A DNA stretch of 63,140 bases, filler included, from Rhabdomonas costata (Eukaryota), in assembly GCA_019059605.1 (NCBI GenBank). It is 50 parts of 50 records of this genome, joined end to end, with 100 filler letters (N's around TTAATTAATTAA, not from the genome) between each part and the next. Parts side by side here need not be neighbours in the genome. Positions count along the whole stretch, not along the records: positions 50,596 to 51,757 come from JAHMHO010025478.1; positions 51,858 to 53,022 come from JAHMHO010025479.1; positions 53,123 to 54,284 come from JAHMHO010025480.1; positions 54,385 to 55,549 come from JAHMHO010025481.1; positions 55,650 to 56,816 come from JAHMHO010025482.1; positions 56,917 to 58,081 come from JAHMHO010025483.1; positions 58,182 to 59,346 come from JAHMHO010025484.1; positions 59,447 to 60,611 come from JAHMHO010025485.1; 42 more parts are not named here. One strand, written 5' to 3'. Under the pieces are notes generated by a model. It saw nothing but the letters and a program-made list of their open reading frames with translations, ran no database searches and was not told where the DNA came from. Within the stretch, counting starts at the first letter, position 1. Every line of letters starts with the position of its first letter. This document shows positions 50,684 to 61,462 of this stretch, piece after piece. A program made the position numbers and the translations under genes.

Positions 50684-51507
50684 GAGGAAGACTTGGCCCA
50701 GAAAGGGACTTATGAAACGGTGACGTTCAAGCTTCCAGACGGGCAGGTCCTCACCGTGGGGCCGGAGCGCTTTCGTGCACCGGAAATTCTGTTCAACCCG
50801 ATGGTTGTGGGATCAGAGTACGAGCCTGTGCAGGAGGTGGGACAGCTGTACTCCGTTCCCCCCTCCCCCTTCTCTCTCTCTCTCTTTCTCTCGCCGCCGC
50901 CGCTCCCGCACTCTCTTTTTTTTTGGCAGATAACAAAGGTTAATTTGAAGGTGAACTTTTATTTCCATATTTCCTCGACTTTCCCTCTGCTCTTGCTCCT
51001 TTGCGGAACAAGAACAATGCAGAGAACTTGGGGAAAGGTGAAGTGGAAGTTGTTTGTTCAGCAACCTCGGTTATGGCTTTGGGAGGGGGGCCAAAGTCGC
51101 AGTTAGGCTTAAAATAGCTTAAGCGTTCAGTTGACGGCTGAGGCCGTGTTTGCGGAAGGCAATTGCAAGCTGCAGCATCTTCAATCGTGCCTCATTATCT
51201 GACCAGACAAGCACTGGCGGATCCTCATCCCACATATACGCGTTAGCTGGTGGTTTTCGGTTGCAACCAGCCGTGTGGGCTTTTCCCATCTGTTTCTTGT
51301 CAAATATTCGACGCCGCCACTGAAATATAGGTCCTTCAATCATCCCACTGACTCATTTGATGAGGATATCATCTTTCACCTTCAAAGGTTTTGATGAACT
51401 GCATACGCAAGTGCGACACGGACACGCGTAAGCACTTGTACTCGTCGATTCACTTGGTTGGAGGAACGACGCTGTTGTCCGGCTTTGCAGACCGTTTGCT
51501 AGCAGAG
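50684..51507 (+). CDS. ACTR1: Actin-related protein, Arp1/centractin-like, exons 50684-50836 and 51388-51507
   Basis: [25 protein letters not shown]...[49 protein letters not shown] and DRLLxE favour Arp1 over conventional actin. Confidence 0.75.
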
Positions 51508-53122
51508 GTCTCCTTTCCTCTTTTGGGCATCTTCTCTTCTCTTCAAAAGCGGAACAACCAGAGGTGAACAACTGAGGTGAGCATCTTCGCAGAACTCATC
51601 AATGCCTTTCCGTTCCCATTGTATTCCAGCCTAGGGTTGCATTAATGCTGGCTAATATCCACACACACATACACACACACACACACACACACAGGCTCTT
51701 TTTAGACCCAGGTTGCATTTTTCCTTCCAAGACTGGTTTGTGGGTTCCCACACCCCCNNNNNNNNNNNNNNNNNNNNNNNNNNNNNNNNNNNNNNNNNNN
51801 NTTAATTAATTAANNNNNNNNNNNNNNNNNNNNNNNNNNNNNNNNNNNNNNNNNNNNGGGGTGGTGGAGGCAGCACTCAAGAAAAGCATAGGAGTTGTGA
51901 GGCCAAGCGAAACCATTTTCGGTTTTGTTACGGGGCATTTTTTGCGCCCTACGCCGGTGGGACTCGGAGTCCTTTCATTTGGCATTGTGATGTGGTTAGC
52001 TTTAGTTTTCGGGGACTTTAGGTTTTTTTTTGCTATTTTTTTGGCGTCGCCATCTGAGCCTTTCCATCGTTCGTTGGACCTCTTCGTGCGACTTCGTGCG
52101 ACGAACCGGTGCTTGGCTGCTCTTCTAATCTTTCTGTTTGCAAATCCGAATCCATTGAGGAAGGGGGTGATGTTGAACACTTCACTTCATCTACCCGCTC
52201 TAAAACGTTTGGTTTTCCATTTTGGTTATTATTTTGGTTTTGGTATAGGACGGTGATTGTGTGGGCAGGCACCACTTCCACTTCCACGGAGGACGGAGGA
52301 CACCATCGTTGACTCAAAAATTCAAAAAAAAACCGTTATATATACACGAGAAGATGGGATGTCTTTTGTTTGCTTTAAACCAGCCACTGACACGGGAGAA
52401 GTGGATTTATTTCTTGTAGACTGGGTGTGTACAAGAGTGAAAAGGTGAGCGAGTGGGAGGGTACTGTGTGACGAACGCCAGAGAGCAGGACAAAGTTTTT
52501 TGCGAAGGGCTGGTGGGAGGGTGCTGTGGCTGGTGTCGTTGTGACTCCCTTAGGTACGGTCTATGTAATCCTGGCTGGTTGCTGGTGGCTGGTTGTATTT
52601 TCGTCGGTAAGGCTGGTTGTATTTTCGACCCACGTCACAAATCCCTGGTTTCTTCGGCAATAAACCGGCGTCGTTCCTTCCAACGGCACAGCGCTTCACG
52701 GGGGCCCCGAACTGGAAATCCTGCCTTTGGGAAACCGTATCTGCAATGGCGCTGCCGCTGCCAAGCGCCCTTCCCTACCTTCACGGTCAGAAGGCCCCGG
52801 TTGCCCAAGGTCGCCCTCTGTGGCTGTTCTGGGGCTTATGGCGGTCGGCCATGGTCCGTTCTATAGCAGCGGCCGTGTCCCTGCACGATGAACCCTTTAG
52901 ACGACGTGGCCACTGCTTGATCGGAGCAATCTCGCGCGCCAAAAAAAAAACCCAGTTCGAGCACACCACGCCAAGACAACAACAGGCTGAACCTGACAAC
53001 CCAACCCAAACACACCCACCACNNNNNNNNNNNNNNNNNNNNNNNNNNNNNNNNNNNNNNNNNNNNTTAATTAATTAANNNNNNNNNNNNNNNNNNNNNN
53101 NNNNNNNNNNNNNNNNNNNNNN

Positions 53123-53772
53123 TGTTGGGGTTGGGAAAGGCTACTGTGGCTGATTGGTTTCAGAGATTTAGGGTGTGTGTGATGACCTGGGAAGCTACTC
53201 ACTCGGACTGTGAGCCTTTTGGGGGGAAAGACATTGAGGTTGAAGCAGATGAATGTGAAATTGGCAGGAAGAGAAAAGGCCTGCATGGGCATGATACTGA
53301 TGTAAAAGGGGATTTCAGGGGACTTTTTGAGAGGGGTACTGGGAGGATCTTCATTGAGCCTTATGACAAACTGAAAAAGGACTCGGATGACAGGAGGTTT
53401 GGGCCACCTACTATTGAAAATGTTCGCCCTTTGGTCGACATGCTGGACCCTTCGTCCATTCTTTACTCCGATGGTGCCCGGGCTTATGAGTCTTTGGCGA
53501 GGGAAAAGGGCATCCGATGGTCTTCCGTGGATCACTCTGGTGGTGAATATGTCCGCCGTGAGCGATTGTGGGGCAAACTAAGAGTGGTGTCTACCCAGGG
53601 CATAGACGGCACCTGGGGTCGGCTAAAGACCTTCCTCAGGGCAAGAGGTGGGGTGTCTCAGGACCATCTGGAGAGTAATGTCAAGGAGTTCCAGTGGCGC
53701 AGGAACCTCCTTGAGGATGCTGATCCACTCATTTCCCTCCTTTCCTGTGTCAGAGACGGTTGCCTGCACTGA
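53123..53772 (+). mobile_element. Merlin-superfamily (IS1595/ISXO2-like) DDE transposase, 5'-truncated, open frame
   Basis: VEADECEIGRKRK...G; FERGTG; ILYSDGARAY; VDHS; STQGIDGTWGRLK; EFQWRRN. Confidence 0.9.
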
Positions 53773-53987
53773 TCCTTGGTGCGTTTCGTTGCTACCCCTC
53801 TTGGCCTGTCAAGTGAACCTATGCCATGTATTGATACTTCTTTTTGAATACCATTAAGACAAGGTTTGGTGGTTGGGGTTTAGCTTGGGTTTGTGTTGTG
53901 TGTTTTTTCCCATTTGTTTAGGGTTGCTGGGCTACGTCTTCTGTTATTTGCTCATTTCGTTCCAAAAAAAACGAACGCATATCCGTT

Positions 53988-54284
53988 TCGCACCATGCAC
54001 CCGTCTGAGGTTTAATGTCTTTTGTGAATATCTAATGTAATTTTGTATAAAGTTTAAAATATTTTGCTGGGGTTGTGAGTGCGGTTCCTACAGATGGGTG
54101 CAGTGCTCCCTTTTTGTTTGTATTATTGCTGAGCCAGTTCAGCTTTCCCACAGCCCCCACCCTCATTACTCCTGCTGAGCTGCAGCAAGGGCAGACCTCC
54201 ACCGGATGGAACCCGATGGTCCATCGCACCATGCACCCGTCTGAGGTTTAATGTCTTTTGTGAATATCTAATGTAATTTTGTAT
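53988..54284 (+). repeat. 61-bp exact direct repeat (53988-54048, 54224-54284; period 236)
   Basis: tcgcaccatgcacccgtctgaggtttaatgtcttttgtgaatatctaatgtaattttgtat occurs twice; the second copy runs into the contig end. Confidence 0.93.
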
Positions 54285-55708
54285 NNNNNNNNNNNNNNNN
54301 NNNNNNNNNNNNNNNNNNNNNNNNNNNNTTAATTAATTAANNNNNNNNNNNNNNNNNNNNNNNNNNNNNNNNNNNNNNNNNNNNGGGGGGTTGGTACAGA
54401 GAACCAACTATCGGCAACCCACACAACTGGTTCTCTGTCCCAACACCCTAACAAACCGCGATAGGGGAATCAAAATCAGGATCACAGGTTTTATGACGCC
54501 TATTGACACCCTCCCCCCGTGCAGAATAAGCAACGAGAAATTCAAACTGCCCGGTTCGCAGAAGCTTTGCGTGCCTGCTGATGGTGTAGGGGTCTCTACC
54601 GTTGGAATTGCCCATGTCCTTTGACTTCCCTCAACCCCCCTGCTCGAATTTCAAACTGCCCGAAAATTGAAACTCAAAAGCTGTGAAAAGTCAGTCAGTG
54701 CCCACGTGCCCCCGGATCCGTCGGTCCCAAAAGTAAATCATCATCCGCTTGTGGTTGAGGAAACCCTCTGTGGTGCCGCCGTACCACAACAAAAGAACTG
54801 AGCTACGGGAAAACCGCAAAAAAAAAAGTCCATGCAGTCGAAGTAGAGCAAGGATTCACCCCCGCTGCCAAATAGGTCAACCGCAGTGATAAGGCGGGCT
54901 GTGGAAGAGAGTTGCAGCCCCCTCAGAGGGAGTTAGGCCTTCCCAGGGCCCCGGACAGTGTACGAGCCGTAGGTCTTGTTGGGGTCGTACACCTCCCACC
55001 GCGATGCAGGGAAAATGTGGTGGTTGTGCTCGTACCACTTCCGATCTACCACCTGCCCACCGCCCAAAGGCACAGTTGAGGTGTGTACGTGTTCTTCCTA
55101 TGCATACACCGCGCAAAAAAAAATCCAACCACACTAAGATTGCTACCTCGTCCCGCATCATGCCTTCTTTGTCAAATGTTGGACACTGGTCATGTGTGTA
55201 GGCACTAGCTGATACGGAGTTGATGTGTCTTATTTCTCTGATGCCTGCCCGCTAAATACTGGCACCATGGCTGCTAAGGCCACACCAAGTAGCAGCCACA
55301 CCTCTCTGTGGAGTGGTACAGTGTGAGTTATACAAGGTGACAATTATTTCGTTCTGTTGCCAATAGCAGTGCGGTTCTGACACCGGTGGTGAACTACCCT
55401 GGTCCCAATTACGGGGCAAAAAAAAAGCGCCGGTGTGGACAACGCTATTCCATTAGCGTCGAACGGTTTTCAAGACACTACAGACCACAGTCGCATAAAT
55501 TTAATCGTTTCCGTGCGTGCGTATGTGGGGAGTGACAAACACACCTTGCNNNNNNNNNNNNNNNNNNNNNNNNNNNNNNNNNNNNNNNNNNNNTTAATTA
55601 ATTAANNNNNNNNNNNNNNNNNNNNNNNNNNNNNNNNNNNNNNNNNNNNGTGGTTTTGGTGAGCCCTAGTTTTGTAACCACACCCACGCCCACGGACGGA
55701 GCACACCG

Positions 55709-55710
<2 letters not shown>

Positions 55711-55753
<43 letters not shown>
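55711..55753 (+). repeat. (AC)n microsatellite
   Basis: About 21 AC units. Confidence 0.97.
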
Positions 55754-55754
<1 letters not shown>

Positions 55755-56916
55755 CCAGCGCGCAATGCGCCCAACACCCACCCACACCCACACACGCACC
55801 GGCAGGCGGGCAGTCGACCGATTGCAGCCCCTGCGATTTCTGTTTTTTTGGGGGGGGGCCTCGCATGAGAAAATGCCTCACTGCTTCGCAGTTGCGTTGA
55901 TGTTGTACGCACTTGGGATGTTTGGGACTCTGCTAGAGTTTTGTGGTGTGTCCCTTTCAACGGCAATGCTTGTGCTCCGGAGCTCTGGAAGGAAGACTGA
56001 AATGGCCAGGTGTGATTTTTAGGGGTGTGATTTTTAGACGTACCCCTGGAATTGCTAAGGAATGCCAGCACGGGGTTATGAGGCGGTGCACGTACAGGGT
56101 GTGCGCAGCACTAGGCGTAATACGCTTCCACGCGATCACGGAACCTCGTTAGGTACCGTCAGGTCCGTTCCCAAGTTGTTGCTACTGACGCTACTCACGG
56201 CTAACAAGAAAACGGTTCGCGATTCATGAGGGTGACTAGGGGGAGGGGGGGGCAATAGAGTCCAGGACCCTAATTGGCGAGTATGTCATGGATGGCATGA
56301 TGGTTGCTGTGCTGTTTTATCTCAGATTCGTGTTCTTCGCGAAAGCCTTCAGCAGCGTTTTTCGGTGCCCAGCACTCCTTCGAGCAACTCCGGGCCCGGC
56401 GCAAACCTCAACTCGGGGGAAGTCACAGGTGAGAACCCCCCCTCCCCTCATTTTTCTGTTTTGCATATTGGGTGGGTGGGCTGACCTTCAGCTTCTGCAT
56501 CAAAGGATCAACGAAGCCGCGGCTTTAATTATAGCAACTCGCAACAGTCGATGCGGCTAGAAGTGCCTTGGTTTACTTCCCTCTCTTTGCCTCGCTTTAC
56601 TTCGCTCTCGAACGTCCTCTTTTTTATTTTCCCTGCCTGCATTTGCAGAGCCGTAAATGCAACCACTTGATGTCATCCTTTCTAAGCCGGGGGAACGAGA
56701 GCTCCTGAATGCCACCATGCCCGTTGCATTCTGTTTGAGACGGAATCTCTCCCACGCGGGGTCCTCTGAACCTCTTCAGAGCCTCTCTCCATTTCAATCA
56801 CAAGCATCAGCGCCGTNNNNNNNNNNNNNNNNNNNNNNNNNNNNNNNNNNNNNNNNNNNNTTAATTAATTAANNNNNNNNNNNNNNNNNNNNNNNNNNNN
56901 NNNNNNNNNNNNNNNN

Positions 56917-58081
56917 GGGGTTGGGGTATAGCCTGTGGGGGAGGTGGCCTTGGACTCCAGCTCCTCCCAGCTCAGCCCCAGGAAGAAGAGGTGAGCTTTT
57001 GGGCGAAGTATGCACAGAAAGGAAGAGAGAGAGAGAGGAGCAGGAGAAAGGGTGACGAAGGTGCGGAGACGGACGCACCCCTTGCTCTTTGCTTCTCTGC
57101 GTAGACTTTCCAATAAGAGAAGTGTGGTGAATGGTCAGGCCGACTGGTAACCACATCAACGAGCACCCGAACACTGCTTAAAGTTGACGAAAAGTCTTAC
57201 TCATTTCATACACCTTCCATCGTGAAGGGCAAGAGGCAACATGATATCTCAGTCGAAAAATCTGGGAGATCCCGGAGATGGACATGTGGAAGCGATCTGG
57301 ACAGGCAGGCACGGATCGAAAGCCCCCAAAGAGAACCACACAGTGAGAACACAGAGCACACTTCGCATCTCCACGGGTCCCAGCCGGTCCTCTGGGTCCT
57401 TATCCAGCAAGCCCGCCAGCAGATCCTTGGCCACCGCACTGACCCACGGGTAGGACACGAAGACCACCCTCTGGTGCAGGGTGCGCTGGAAGGTCTGTGT
57501 GTACCCCCGCATCGGAGTCCCAGCACACAAAAAGCCAGAAGGCTTTCTCACCGTGGTGATGATGGTGTGGGTGATCGTGGTGATGGGAATTGAGTGGTTC
57601 GACGTAAAAACCATCTCAGAAGCTGCCCTACGTTTCGGCAGTGCAAAGTTACAGTTGAGCCCAGAATGATGTATGTGGAAGGAAACAGAAAATGGGACCT
57701 CAAGCATCGCGTAACACAGAAGCCTTTAAGCGCGACGCGCATATCAATACTACTTGCCCACACCCCCACACACGCAAAAAAAAGTGCAAATTGAAGAAAA
57801 CGAAGAGGAAAAGTAGCTTTCAATAAAATTGAGTGGTGACTCAGTGAGGCCATTCCGGTGGCTCACCAGCTGAGCTCTGGGTACTGGGTACTGGATTGTG
57901 GGCACTGGGAGTTTGAAAAACACCGCTGTGGGGCACAAAGTGTTACAGGTGGAGTGGGGCGACATTTCGCGGAAACAAAAACACCCTCCCCCACCTCTCG
58001 GCTGTCCTCGCCCCAGAAAGGGAGTTCCCCGCACAGCATCTGGAACAGCACCACCCCGAGCCCCCAGAAGTCCACCAAAAC
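56917..58081 (-). CDS. AGC-group protein kinase, three C-lobe exons
   Basis: VDFWGLGVVLFQMLCGELPFWGEDSRE | TFQRTL...AKDLLAGLLDKDPEDRLG | HLFFLGLSWEELE; GT-AG introns. Confidence 0.9.
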
Positions 58082-60214
58082 NNNNNNNNNNNNNNNNNNN
58101 NNNNNNNNNNNNNNNNNNNNNNNNNTTAATTAATTAANNNNNNNNNNNNNNNNNNNNNNNNNNNNNNNNNNNNNNNNNNNNGTGGTGGGTGTGTTTGGTG
58201 GTTGTTGGCTTTGGGTGTTTCATCACTTTCCGCTGAAGATAGGGATCCAAACCATTGATCATGCTCAGCATCAATGAGAAACTGCGCTGTGATGAACATG
58301 TTGTATGTCTTCACTGTGGAATGGAACTTCGGCCAATCACCTCTCATGCTCCAGTGGGCGGTCTCCTCAATCATCAGGGAACTGAGGGTCTTTTTTCTTT
58401 CTTTTTCTACCTCAACTTCCTGAACTGGTCTGCCTGTGATGAGGTTGCCAACTGATCGATGAGATGCTGCTGGGCTTGGGCAGTGCGCTCCAAAAACATC
58501 TGCTGCGCCGCAAGCATATCACCTAGCATTTGATGCATTGCTTGCAACGGAGCGGCCGTTGTTTGCGCGATGATCTGAGCTAGCAGCTCATGGGTGAGGA
58601 AAACTGTCCCTCCTGGATGAGGTGGTCCACTCATTGATTGCAATTAGCCTTGGTAATCACCAGTTAAGTGGGAAAGGGAGCGACCCTAACCCAGTTAAGC
58701 TGAGGGCTTTCTTTTGCAACGAAATAAGGGAAGGGGAGTGGCCCAATCCCTAATTCGTGTGACGGGGAGGTTCGGTTGTTTAACCTGTCCCCTGTAAAAC
58801 AAGATACGAAGAACAGAAACTGCAGGGGGGACTATGGCTATGACCACTGTCCTGTTTCACAGAAAAAACACTGGGAGGGGAGATAGAATATTCACACAGC
58901 TGAAGCACGACCCCTTGTGAGCGACCTCGGTTTCGTTCTGGGATTGGCGAACAACACCTCGCCCTGGGCAAAACAGACCTCCGCTTTCCGCGGCTTGTCG
59001 AGAGACGCCTTGCCTAGGAAAAAGGGGGAAACAGGCGTCGGTCGTAACCGTTTAGTCTGCTACCAGTTGTGACAAATTAGGACCTTAGCGAGTTAACGGC
59101 ACGCTGCCTCAGAGGATTTGGTGGAGGGGTGGCCCGAAGAAAGATTAACAATCAAAATATAATTTGGTTTTAGGACAAATCAGCCCACACACACTCGTTT
59201 AGAACTCACAAGAAGTATAAAATAAAACCCAATTTTCTTGGGGCTTTGCCCGTGGTTCTCCTTCTCTCTAGCTCATTGTGGGCCCGGAAGGGCCTTGGAA
59301 AAGACCAAGTCGAAGACAGCAAACGGGGGGTGTCCACCAAAAACCCNNNNNNNNNNNNNNNNNNNNNNNNNNNNNNNNNNNNNNNNNNNNTTAATTAATT
59401 AANNNNNNNNNNNNNNNNNNNNNNNNNNNNNNNNNNNNNNNNNNNNATGGAAGAGCTCCTAGAAAACGGCAGGCAAGAAGAACCGAAGTATGCGTGCGAG
59501 CTCGATTGCTTGTGCAGTGATTCGCTTGATATTTATCTGCTATGGGGCTTAACTGCGTTTTAATGTGAGCACAACCCGTAAGACACCGTACGAGAGAAGA
59601 AAAAGAAGAAGGCAAAGTAAAGTTCAAACGATGAGATTGCACTTCAAACTCATCGTTTCTAGTACACCAACAGGTCGACGCAACGCGGCGGACAATAATA
59701 CGGCTTCTCCAAACTGAACAGGATTCGCACCAACCTTCCTGCAATTTTTGCCTCTTAATATGTTGCCCTGACAGCTCACAAGAGTGACAAAAACTTGCGA
59801 AGTGTCGTTGTGATAGGGTCACTCCGAAAAAGAACACCTCAACCGTATCCCGTCGGATCGTGCCCTGTGCTTGGGAAAACGAGGGGAAACGATGGGATTC
59901 TGGTGACATGGGCTCATGGTGGGGACCGACTGACTTGGTAGGGGGCGGGAGCAAGATGGAAAACTGGGAGTGGACCCGGGGTGGGTGTCTGCATCTGGTG
60001 TCCCCGTTAAAAAGAGAGGGCGCCCGAAACCTGTCAGGGTGGCAGAGCCATACCTAGCTAAATTTGTTCTTCTTCACCCTACGCTGGTGGCCCAGACTGC
60101 TAGAACTTGGAAAACTGGAAACAATTAACTTCACTAATTCAAAGACTCATTATTTTTGCATGACCCCGAATCACGGTTCCCCGGTAGGTTCAAGGGAAAG
60201 GGGGCAGAGCAGAC

Positions 60215-60388
60215 CTGCCACACAGCTGCCGCTCTGAGCCCATGCCCTGCTCGAGGTGCAGCTCAGCGTGCCCCCGCCCGTCCACCCGGGGGCGCACCCA
60301 AACGTGCAGCTCTGCCCGTATGTCGTGCCCGAGGCACAGCTCAGCGTGTTGGCGTTGGCGGGAAGGTCAGGGGGTCCGCAGTTGACCA
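60215..60388 (-). CDS. Sushi/CCP-like module exon (58 codons, phase 1-1)
   Basis: VNCGPPDLPANANTLSCASGTTYGQSCTFGCAPGWTGGGTLSCTSSRAWAQSGSCVA. Confidence 0.75.
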
Positions 60389-60482
60389 CTGAGCAAAGGG
60401 AGTGGTCCATGAAAATAAATCTCAGGTTGCCAAGAAATAGAGGGTCCTGCTACTTGTCTGCCCTTTTTGGTTCAATTGGGCC

Positions 60483-60608
60483 TTTTCGGGTCCTTTTTGG
60501 CCACACGTGTTTCCTGTTTGCGCGTTTTGAGTTTGGGTGTATTGCTGTCCAGGTCCAAACTTAAAACGCGCAAACAGGAAACACGTGTGGCCAAAAAGGA
60601 CCCGAAAA
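60483..60608. repeat. Inverted repeat (54-bp arms, one mismatch, 18-nt spacer) at contig end
   Basis: ttttcgggtcctttttggccacacgtgtttcctgtttgcgcgtttt... / ...aaaacgcgcaaacaggaaacacgtgtggccaaaaaggacccgaaaa. Confidence 0.95.
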
Positions 60609-61340
60609 CCCNNNNNNNNNNNNNNNNNNNNNNNNNNNNNNNNNNNNNNNNNNNNTTAATTAATTAANNNNNNNNNNNNNNNNNNNNNNNNNNNNNNNNN
60701 NNNNNNNNNNNGGTTTGTGGGGGCTGGAAAGTCGAGTTGCGCTGCAAGCAGAGATTGACCGAATGCAGTGTCTCTGCTCCAGAGCCGAAGCCGCCAAAAA
60801 GACCTTAAAGCCCAAGGTGACCCACCTCCCTACGCATTCTGTGTGTGCGATCCAAATTTAGATTTGCGTGGGGTGCTACTTCGTGAGCGTATCATCATGC
60901 GACCTGAAGCTTTCTCCCCTTTGGAGAGCTGTGATCAGGGTGTTGAAAAATGTTGAAAAATGTTTCCATGTGGCTGCTGTGGCGGTGGAACTCATTTCAA
61001 GCCAAGGTGGACCACACAGAACCTGACAGCGGCCAAGGCATTCGGTATAAAGTAGGGGGGGGGGGAATTGAAGCCCCACGGAACAAGGCCGATTATGGCC
61101 ACGAAACGACACGGAGGCTGCTATAAAATGTGCGGGCCACCACAACACAACAACGAAGCACAGCAGGTTCACACATGCAATAGAGTTGATTGAAATCATA
61201 TTGGAGCATCGAAAATGGAACACCCTGTGTTTGTCATTTCACTGAGTTTGTCTGCTTTTTTTCCTTGTGTTGACACACCACGCAGCACACACACACGTTG
61301 TCCTTGCGTTTACCTGGGAATTTTGTTTTTTTATGTTTAG

Positions 61341-61462
61341 CTGGAAAAGTTTGAGAAGCGGATCCCTCAGCTGCAGAAGCAGAACGAGAGACTGTCGAGC
61401 CTTTGCACTGTGCTGCAGAAAGAGGTGGATGAGCTGCTGGGAAAGCAGAGTAGCACTCCTGG
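61341..61462 (+). CDS. Coiled-coil exon (weakly taxilin C-terminus-like)
   Basis: tag|LEKFEKRIPQLQKQNERLSSLCTVLQKEVDELLGKQ...|gt. Confidence 0.45.

Noticed and set aside
3965-58081. Search for nonconventional (non-GT-AG) euglenid-type introns in the recognisable genes
   Set aside because: Every junction I could reconstruct fits GT-AG; none required a noncanonical boundary.
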